Below, one piece after another: positions 8,587-15,151 of a DNA stretch of 28,279 nucleotides; position 1 is the first letter of the stretch; each line of letters opens with the position of its first letter. The notes below the pieces were generated by a model. The model was given only the letters and a program-made list of their open reading frames with translations, was not told the origin of the DNA and did not search any database. The translations under genes were made by a program, and so were the position numbers. The stretch spans positions 1-28,279 of IMG/VR virus record IMGVR_UViG_3300042465_005697; one strand, 5' to 3'. The stretch is from a virus. Its lineage: Duplodnaviria; Heunggongvirae; Uroviricota; Caudoviricetes.

Positions 8587-9014
8587 AAAATTTATTATAT
8601 ATAACATTATTAGTATTATCATTATTTTCCTGTGATATTACCGAAAAGAAATATGGGAAAACGGAGAGCATTTATCTCAGACAATTGGTTAAAACCGATG
8701 AGGTGACCAAGAGTGGATCGGCAAGTTATTTTTTGGTTACTGGATCCGCATCATATAGTGAAGATGTGGAGACCAAAATTAAATTAATGGGAAAGGTTAA
8801 TGGGTTTTATAGGTTAATAGAATTCAATTTTGAGGATGTAAGAATCAAGATAGATAATACGATTGGTCGTCCATATTTGTATATTAATTATCAGGATTAT
8901 AATAAACTTAGTGTGGCGAAACTATTGACCTATGATAGATACTCAATTAGATCATATGTTATTGTATGTCCTGAAAAGTATTTGCCCGAACAGTTATTAC
9001 CAATAACGTTATAA
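8583..9014 (+). CDS. putative lipoprotein
   Basis: MKNLLYITLLVLSLFSC lipobox-like signal. Confidence 0.75.
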   Translation: MKNLLYITLLVLSLFSCDITEKKYGKTESIYLRQLVKTDEVTKSGSASYFLVTGSASYSEDVETKIKLMGKVNGFYRLIEFNFEDVRIKIDNTIGRPYLYINYQDYNKLSVAKLLTYDRYSIRSYVIVCPEKYLPEQLLPITL

Positions 9015-9018
9015 TATT

Positions 9019-9222
9019 ATGAAAAGATTAGTATATGTTAAATATTTGCACAATGTGAATGGTATTACATATTCCAAACAGAAGGTTGGTACGGTAATGG
9101 ATGAGGATCACCACGGAAATTTAACGGTGAAGATATATAACGATGAGATTAGTGAATACGAGACAAAAGTGTTAAGAACGGATCAATTCTCTGACTCACC
9201 GTATCTTATGGATTTTGATTAG
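9019..9222 (+). CDS. hypothetical protein
   Basis: 67 aa; last gene before terminator. Confidence 0.7.
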   Translation: MKRLVYVKYLHNVNGITYSKQKVGTVMDEDHHGNLTVKIYNDEISEYETKVLRTDQFSDSPYLMDFD

Positions 9223-9250
9223 AATAGGGTTAATTAACTCGGGTTATAAC

Positions 9251-9281
9251 AATCCTCCACTAATAATGGGGGGTTTTTTTT
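9251..9281 (+). terminator. intrinsic terminator
   Basis: CCTCCA-ctaataa-TGGGGG then T8. Confidence 0.75.
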
Positions 9282-9290
9282 ATTATGGTA

Positions 9291-9298
9291 TATTTATT
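9291..9298 (+). promoter_or_regulatory. TATTTAT motif
   Basis: TATTTATT 3 nt before ATG 9302. Confidence 0.65.
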
Positions 9299-9301
9299 AA
9301 T

Positions 9302-9799
9302 ATGAATCTAAAAGAATCTATAAGAAAGGTGTTAAGGGAAGAGGAGGATATTAACATATTTGGACATAACTATAATGAATTATTGGGTAATATAACAAGT
9401 TCTGATTCAGGATTAATGTATACTGATCCTGAAGATTTATTAAAACAAAAAATTAAGTTTCTTAAAAAAATTGAAAAGAAAAACTCAATAAAACTTTTTA
9501 GGGTTGTATTTTCAAAATCAAAAAAGAAAATTAACATAAAAAAGTTGGGTCACCACTATGTTTATGATATTGATGACTTTCACGAACAAATGTTAGATTA
9601 TTTATATTATAATGCAAAGAGAAAAGATTCAAGTTTAGAAGAAGATGATGTTTGGGTGGTGGAAATAGAAACACCAACAAGTAATATTGATTATTCCGAA
9701 ACAATATTAACATATTCATTACATCCAAAAGAGGATGAAATTACAATTAAATATCCTAATAATGTTAAAATAATAAATATTTCCAAATATTATGAATAA
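9302..9799 (+). CDS. hypothetical, class A tag
   Basis: Start moved to MNLKESIRKVLREE (track extension crosses the terminator). Confidence 0.85.
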   Translation: MNLKESIRKVLREEEDINIFGHNYNELLGNITSSDSGLMYTDPEDLLKQKIKFLKKIEKKNSIKLFRVVFSKSKKKINIKKLGHHYVYDIDDFHEQMLDYLYYNAKRKDSSLEEDDVWVVEIETPTSNIDYSETILTYSLHPKEDEITIKYPNNVKIINISKYYE

Positions 9800-10139
9800 C
9801 CTACAGGAGAACATAAGAAAGGTGTTAAGGGAAGATAGTGGTCTTCTACCCATGATACGACGCAGAGTTACTCAGGACCATTTAGAGAAAGAATTTATAG
9901 AATCTTTAGATATGGCATCAGAAATGTTAGATATGAGTTATCAAAGAAGTGGTGGTGTTATGGGTTTAGATAGGTTTATAAGTATCACAATATCAATTTT
10001 AATGGATGGGATCCATTATGAAATATTTAGTACAACACCATTAGATTCCGAATGGTATGGTGATGTTACAAGAAGTTTAAAAAACTATTTCAGATCTAGA
10101 ATTATTACAAGACATTCCCAAATAACAAGAAAATTATGA
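9792..10139 (+). CDS. hypothetical, class A tag, RR-domain-like
   Basis: MNNLQENIRKVLRED; MIRRRV. Confidence 0.8.
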   Translation: MNNLQENIRKVLREDSGLLPMIRRRVTQDHLEKEFIESLDMASEMLDMSYQRSGGVMGLDRFISITISILMDGIHYEIFSTTPLDSEWYGDVTRSLKNYFRSRIITRHSQITRKL

Positions 10140-10555
10140 ACATAAAAGAGAACATAAGAAAAGTATTAAGGGAAGAGAGCTCCCTTAAAAAAAGTGTTAG
10201 AAACTTGGTAAAAACCAAGGGATTTTTTATGGCATCACAGATAGTGGGATCATTAGAAAGGGTTTATGAAATACTTAATTTAAAAGGAACGCAAGATGAT
10301 ATGATCTTTATTGTGACTGCGATATTAGATCACGACATAAAAGAAAAGATATGTAAATTTTTTATGGTAAAAACGTATCATTCTATAAAGATATATATTG
10401 AGGTACCTTCAGAAGATCCTGATAGTGATTATTTTGATCCTATAAATAAAAATGCACGTCGTAGGTTTGGGGATAAAATTAGTATTGCTATTTATGAATT
10501 AGGAAATAAACTTGTTAGGGGTCACGACATAAACATTCAACCAGGAAGTTGTTAA
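10136..10555 (+). CDS. hypothetical, class A tag plus VG(G/S) module
   Basis: MNIKENIRKVLREE; ASQIVGSLERVYEI. Confidence 0.8.
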   Translation: MNIKENIRKVLREESSLKKSVRNLVKTKGFFMASQIVGSLERVYEILNLKGTQDDMIFIVTAILDHDIKEKICKFFMVKTYHSIKIYIEVPSEDPDSDYFDPINKNARRRFGDKISIAIYELGNKLVRGHDINIQPGSC

Positions 10556-10579
10556 TATGAATTTACAATAATAAATAAG

Positions 10580-10900
10580 ATGAATATAACATTAGACACA
10601 TATAGAGAATTAGAAGAAAGGGGAGTATATATACATTACTTACCTGAACACTATAACGATGGTAGTAACTTAAACTTTTCAATAGAGTTTAGGAAACAGA
10701 AAACTCAAACGGGATGGTACAACGACAACCACGAGTTCGGTGATGTATATGATACTATGTATAGTTCATTAGAACTAGCCGAATGGTACTTAGAGGATCC
10801 TGATAGAATAGATCTAATTAACTCAGGATATCATAACCCTGAGTACATAAAGTATAAAGATGAATTAAAAGAATTTCTAACCACTGTTACTAAATTCTAA
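10580..10900 (+). CDS. hypothetical protein
   Basis: 106 aa; followed by terminator. Confidence 0.75.
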   Translation: MNITLDTYRELEERGVYIHYLPEHYNDGSNLNFSIEFRKQKTQTGWYNDNHEFGDVYDTMYSSLELAEWYLEDPDRIDLINSGYHNPEYIKYKDELKEFLTTVTKF

Positions 10901-10903
10901 ATA

Positions 10904-10932
10904 AATCCTCCACTAACAATGGGAGATTTTTT
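10904..10932 (+). terminator. intrinsic terminator, paralog of 9251
   Basis: AATCCTCCACTAACAATGGGAGATTTTTT. Confidence 0.7.
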
Positions 10933-10950
10933 AATTAAAGGATAATAGTA

Positions 10951-11013
10951 TTATATGTAAAAACATACAATTAATACTTATTGGGGGATTTTATATGTAA
11001 AAACATACAATTA
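10951..11013. repeat. two identical 23-nt direct repeats with internal palindrome
   Basis: TTATATGTAAAAACATACAATTA at 10951 and 10991. Confidence 0.9.
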
Positions 11014-11053
11014 CATTTTGTGGTATGATGAACCCTAAAAATTGGGGTCTATC

Positions 11054-11542
11054 TTACATAGAAATGGGATAATCGGAGATAAGTCTTTCATAGTTTCTAC
11101 TGACACCAACCAGATCATAGTCATCCAAGCATCTCCAAGAGTTGGAAGATAAGATACGATTAAATCCGATCTCAGACTCTCTTTTATAATATTCAAGTGA
11201 TTCGTCATCAATGATGAGAAACTTCTTGTAACCCTCTGATTTACGTTTAATAACATATCCCGCACGATCATCAGGATCACCAAAAGATAAGTTATTAACA
11301 ATTATACCTCTACTAACCAAGAAGTCCTTAAATTCATTACCATCTTTAGATCCGTTCCAATACCCACGACCCCAAGTAGAGACAACACATATATCAGCAT
11401 CAAACATTGTGACAATACTATTAAGTACTTCAACTGATTTAGGAATAAAAGAATGTTTACCATCAGGATCTCTATCCATTAGTTTAAGATAACTAACAAG
11501 AACACCATCAATATCAAGATATATAACAAAAGGTTTTTCCAT
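11054..11542 (-). CDS. HAD-superfamily phosphatase (HAD_SAK_2 / RNA repair-like)
   Basis: IYLDIDGVL motif I, VVST motif II, FLIIDD motif IV; capless size. Confidence 0.8.
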   Translation of the reverse strand: MEKPFVIYLDIDGVLVSYLKLMDRDPDGKHSFIPKSVEVLNSIVTMFDADICVVSTWGRGYWNGSKDGNEFKDFLVSRGIIVNNLSFGDPDDRAGYVIKRKSEGYKKFLIIDDESLEYYKRESEIGFNRILSSNSWRCLDDYDLVGVSRNYERLISDYPISM

Positions 11543-11546
11543 ATTA

Positions 11547-11578
11547 CAAATATAGTAAAAAAAAATAATATATACAAT
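11547..11578 (-). promoter_or_regulatory. Bacteroidota-type promoter for the HAD gene
   Basis: Minus strand ATTG-N20-TATATTTG, 4 nt before ATG. Confidence 0.7.
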
Positions 11579-11746
11579 TAGAGTATACGATTAAATCATT
11601 CATTCCATCCTCCCGTTCGTAAACTCACTACGGATCTTCATTCATAATTTTATCCTATACTCTTATGTAATATTTTAATAGGATAATCGGAATATATCCG
11701 TTTATCTATAATGTTGTTTACACTAAACTACTTACTGTAAACAAAA

Positions 11747-11799
11747 TAATAAGTCTCCAACCTTATAATGGGGTATAATAAGTCTACAACCTTATAATG
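11747..11799. repeat. two 24-nt direct repeats, one mismatch
   Basis: TAATAAGTCT(C/A)CAACCTTATAATG at 11747 and 11776. Confidence 0.85.
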
Positions 11800-12312
11800 T
11801 ATATTTGGTTTACATGATACAGTTCTCAAGTATAAAAAGTTTACATGATAATCCCCCATTTAATCGTTCGGTAAACCTCACTCACCCCATTTAATTAGTA
11901 CCCACTTTAAGAGACACATTTATCATACCTCCCTCATACTTCGGTCAGGTTTCATTACACAAAATGTGTAACACAAAATGTATAATTATTATGGGAGACC
12001 AATGGTCTTGATGAGGTAATTGTTGTGGTGTGTTTTTGGTTGGTAGATGAATGGGACAATGAATTTATATATGAATAACCCTACGGGTTTGTAAAAAATA
12101 TAATACATTATGTCCCCACTTATTACCATTATTTACTTGTGTTATGGTGTGTCTATTATTAGGGGGAAAAAGTTTGAAACGGTTAATGAATGGTTCCCTA
12201 AACGGGTCGTTGAAGTAAGATCTAACGTCCTAAAGGACTGTCCACGGCTCTCCTATGATAACTATATGTATTTCGCTGGATTTTATATATAGTAATAAAA
12301 GTGGTCTTCCTG

Positions 12313-12510
12313 ACCCCTACAGAGGGGATTTATTGGTCTTTACACTATCGTAAGAACCAATAATGGATGAAGAATTTAGTTAAAGTGGGAAGGAGTGGTA
12401 AGGTCAAATAGTGGTGAGGGGATTGTCCCCTGTTTAACTCGGGACTGACATTTTGTCATTATCAAGAAAATTAACATAAAGTTATTAACAAAAATCCCCT
12501 CTGTAGGGGT
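12313..12510. repeat. 19-bp perfect inverted repeat pair
   Basis: ACCCCTACAGAGGGGATTT (12313-12331) / AAATCCCCTCTGTAGGGGT (12492-12510). Confidence 0.9.
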
Positions 12511-12524
12511 TACAAATGTAAATT

Positions 12525-12896
12525 ATGAAAGAATTGTTAGATGAATTTATATGTACCGTGGTTAGAGAAAACCGCACCATCACCCTGACATATTGTCATC
12601 CCACCTCTTTATATCAGTCGGGGGAAGATATTCCCACTTTTCCCCACCTCTCTGAAGTCGGGGGATTAACATCCCACAGTGGGACTTGTGTATATGAGAC
12701 TCATTCAATGAAGGGGACATCCAAACCGATTGTTCAGAACTTTATTGTTATGGTAAGTTGTGATATGGGTGGTGTGATAGAATACATCCATCAGAAGATT
12801 GGTTTAACGGAAGAAGATTTCAACGATGTAAATGAGTTGATTAGAAATCACTCAAGGATTATAGCTGAGCGGGTGGATCAAGATCTTGATCTGTGA
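12525..12896 (+). CDS. hypothetical protein
   Basis: 123 aa; C-terminal half looks protein-like, N-terminal half overlaps DNA repeats. Confidence 0.55.
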   Translation: MKELLDEFICTVVRENRTITLTYCHPTSLYQSGEDIPTFPHLSEVGGLTSHSGTCVYETHSMKGTSKPIVQNFIVMVSCDMGGVIEYIHQKIGLTEEDFNDVNELIRNHSRIIAERVDQDLDL

Positions 12897-13023
12897 TGAT
12901 ATATTTTTTAATAAACTTCGTTACCAAACTGTTTGGGAAGTAGTTAAAAAATATTGAGCAAATTATTATGGGGATAAATATAACCCCCGATATAAATAAA
13001 TAGCATAGTATTACTGTCTTCAT
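12859..13023 (-). CDS. 54-aa membrane peptide (not in track)
   Basis: MKTVILCYLFISGVIFIPIIICSIFFNYFP...; near-consensus TATCTTTA 4 nt upstream. Confidence 0.5.
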   Translation of the reverse strand: MKTVILCYLFISGVIFIPIIICSIFFNYFPNSLVTKFIKKYIITDQDLDPPAQL

Positions 13024-13059
13024 AATGTAAAGATACTAAAACAAATGTGTTATTCCTAA

Positions 13060-13067
13060 TATTTATT
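13060..13067 (+). promoter_or_regulatory. TATTTAT motif
   Basis: TATTTATT 14 nt before ATG 13082. Confidence 0.6.
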
Positions 13068-13081
13068 AATAAAAAATAGAT

Positions 13082-13876
13082 ATGAGAAGAAATAAAGGTA
13101 AAATATTTACTAAGATACAAGACGTAATGGGTATCAAGAATGGGAAATATTGTTCAAGTGACGTTAGTGTTGTTAGTATAAATGGTGGTGGTGGGAAACC
13201 AGAACAATCTTTTGGGAATAAACCTGAAGCACCAACCGCAACAATCGGGATACCATCGGTAACATATACCAATTGTCCCAATAGGGAAACGGTAACGATT
13301 GATTTTAGGGATATACTAATGAATAACAATATTATCCCTGACTGTGTGTTGGGTGGTAGTGTTATATTAAATGATCTTAATGGTTATGTTGTTAATTATG
13401 GGGAGACAATATGTCCCGCATCTACTATAAAACAAATTCAAAGTTGTGATGGTGATGTGAGGTCCATTTCAATTGATTTCAAAGATTATGTTGTTACAGA
13501 TGGTAAGGTTTATGAGCTTTCATTTAATGGTATGACACAACCAGGATGTTATACAATACTTGGGGATACGCCATTTGTTGATTCTCAGGATTCTGTTAAA
13601 AGTGTTGATGAAAAACCTGATTGTAATAGTTGTGGACCAACGCCACAAACAGTTATACAAATACAAAGTTGTGAAAATGGTTTAACTTATAATGTTATTG
13701 GTGATTTTCCATTTATTAGGGTTGGGGATATCTTAAATTTAACATTTAAAAATAATATAGTGACCAATGGTTGTTATACAATAGTTGGAACAACACTTAG
13801 TACACCTTTAGATACTATATCAACAATATTAGGTAAGTCCGATATTTGTGAAAGTTGTATGAAACCACAACCATAA
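13082..13876 (+). CDS. Cys-rich repeat protein, possibly virion-associated
   Basis: Two repeats IQSC...GCYTI(L/V)G...CxxC; beta-rich composition. Confidence 0.75.
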   Translation: MRRNKGKIFTKIQDVMGIKNGKYCSSDVSVVSINGGGGKPEQSFGNKPEAPTATIGIPSVTYTNCPNRETVTIDFRDILMNNNIIPDCVLGGSVILNDLNGYVVNYGETICPASTIKQIQSCDGDVRSISIDFKDYVVTDGKVYELSFNGMTQPGCYTILGDTPFVDSQDSVKSVDEKPDCNSCGPTPQTVIQIQSCENGLTYNVIGDFPFIRVGDILNLTFKNNIVTNGCYTIVGTTLSTPLDTISTILGKSDICESCMKPQP

Positions 13877-13892
13877 ACAAAATAAAGAAAAT

Positions 13893-13929
13893 TATAACAA
13901 CCATTGAGATTATTTCAGTGGTTGTTATA
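13893..13929. terminator. 15-bp hairpin after Cys-rich gene
   Basis: TATAACAACCATTGA-gattatt-TCAGTGGTTGTTATA with one G-U pair; no clear T tail. Confidence 0.6.
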
Positions 13930-13951
13930 TTTATATATAAGATTAGTTATT

Positions 13952-14061
13952 TTCCCCATGGTAGGGAGTTAGTTATTCAGTCGCTACGGCACGTAAAGAA
14001 TAAGATGACAATGATCTAAAACAAACTTAACACTCTCTCACAAACATGGGGGAATTTTTTT
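13952..14061 (+). ncRNA. candidate structured small RNA
   Basis: TATTTATA at 13928 with no ORF; end stems TTCCCCATG/CATGGGGGAA and AGGGAG/CTCTCT; T run at end. Confidence 0.4.
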
Positions 14062-14146
14062 GTGCTTTATATATTATATAAGGCAGGTTGGAGTCTACAC
14101 TCCAAACAATCAAAGACTGCCAGCCCGTTTCAGGTTCCCCCACCAA
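14046..14146 (-). ncRNA. candidate structured small RNA
   Basis: Consensus minus-strand promoter 14152-14183; multi-stem fold; no ATG ORF. Confidence 0.4.
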
Positions 14147-14151
14147 CAATA

Positions 14152-14183
14152 CAAAGATACAAATTATAATTGACGTGACCAAA
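14152..14183 (-). promoter_or_regulatory. Bacteroidota-type promoter
   Basis: Minus strand TTTG-N20-TATCTTTG. Confidence 0.75.
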
Positions 14184-14217
14184 TAATCCCCAATGTTATT
14201 TCAATTAATATTATTAC

Positions 14218-14225
14218 TATCTTTG
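14218..14225 (+). promoter_or_regulatory. Bacteroidota -7 box
   Basis: TATCTTTG 7 nt before ATG 14233. Confidence 0.7.
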
Positions 14226-14232
14226 TGGTAAT

Positions 14233-14583
14233 ATGAAAGAGAAATATGAAGATCTAATATATAGGATCGTATCAAAAAATTATCCATATGTTAAAAAGAT
14301 TACCTTCACAACCGTGGAGGATGATCCAGATCTTACTGTGACCGTACATATAGATACAGATATGCTTAGTCCCCAATCAAACGATGTGGATGAACCAGAG
14401 GACTATGTTCATCTCCTATTCAATTATCCTTATAGTAATGATATCCGTGATGACTCGTATAATTTAGATGGACTATTGTTTGAGATAACATCCCCACTAT
14501 CTAAACTATTGGTACCAAAAAGTAACACAACCTTTAACACAGGTTCATTCATACAATACATAAAATATGAAAGAGAAATATGA
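14233..14583 (+). CDS. hypothetical, tandem duplicate 1
   Basis: MKEKYEDLIYRIVSKNYPYVK...DEPEDYVH. Confidence 0.8.
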   Translation: MKEKYEDLIYRIVSKNYPYVKKITFTTVEDDPDLTVTVHIDTDMLSPQSNDVDEPEDYVHLLFNYPYSNDIRDDSYNLDGLLFEITSPLSKLLVPKSNTTFNTGSFIQYIKYEREI

Positions 14584-14923
14584 AGATCTAATATATAGGG
14601 TGGTATCAAAACATTACCCATACGTTAAGAGGATTGATTTCCTTGTTGGTACTAAAGAACATTGTGATGAACTAACAGTGATCGTACACATAGATACAGA
14701 CATGCTTAGTCCCCTCAGTAAAGATGTGGATGAACCAGAGGACTATGTACATAACCTATTTAATTATCCCTATGGTTCGATAATAAGTGTTGAATCATAT
14801 AAGTTAGATAATCTAATACAAACTATGACATCCCCATTCACCAAACTAATACCAACCAATGATGATGATCCCTTTATATCAGAATCATTCATACAGTACT
14901 TAAAATATGACAATGTGTCATAG
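14567..14923 (+). CDS. hypothetical, tandem duplicate 2
   Basis: MKEKYEDLIYRVVSKHYPYVK...DEPEDYVH. Confidence 0.8.
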   Translation: MKEKYEDLIYRVVSKHYPYVKRIDFLVGTKEHCDELTVIVHIDTDMLSPLSKDVDEPEDYVHNLFNYPYGSIISVESYKLDNLIQTMTSPFTKLIPTNDDDPFISESFIQYLKYDNVS

Positions 14924-14927
14924 AGGA

Positions 14928-15115
14928 GGGGGGGTTACATATGTGAATTGTTAATAACTTATATTACCCCCCTCATTTCCTGGCACACCCCCCATATTGG
15001 GGATATACCCCCTCCCCCCTCCCGTATGCCCCCTATATATGACATTTTGACAGTCTAAAAGGGGGGACAATCCCTTAAACAAAGTATTCATAAAAAAAAT
15101 TCTGGAAAAAAATTT
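14928..15115. other. C/G homopolymer-tract element followed by A tracts
   Basis: Six C3-C6 tracts 14967-15033, G7 at 14928, G6 at 15061, AAAAAAAATTCTGGAAAAAAATTT. Confidence 0.8.
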
Positions 15116-15151
15116 GATATTTTTATAGGTAAGTATTATATTATTCATTAT

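Noticed and set aside
7845-9301. Extended track starts at 7845 and 9215 (similarly 2829, 6701, 17010, 17319, 18026, 22233, 25478)
   Set aside because: Extensions run through terminators, promoters or upstream genes; downstream ATGs fit the motif spacing and family N-termini.
10951-11799. Possible CRISPR mini-arrays
   Set aside because: Only two units each, with 17-nt and 5-nt gaps, and no cas genes.
12110-12292. 60-aa plus ORF
   Set aside because: No promoter motif, lies in the repeat-rich non-coding region, no family resemblance.
14048-14145. tRNA-like plus-strand segment GGGGGAA...TTCCCCC-A-CCA
   Set aside because: Acceptor-like pairing and CCA exist but there is no TTC-containing T loop, D arm or anticodon arm; kept only as an unknown structured RNA candidate.
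14233-14923. Diversity-generating retroelement template/variable pair
   Set aside because: Differences are not confined to adenines, both copies are whole genes, and no reverse transcriptase is in the window.
14951-15148. 65-aa minus ORF with Gly-rich tail
   Set aside because: Gly codons arise from the G-tract element; more plausibly a cis-acting DNA element.
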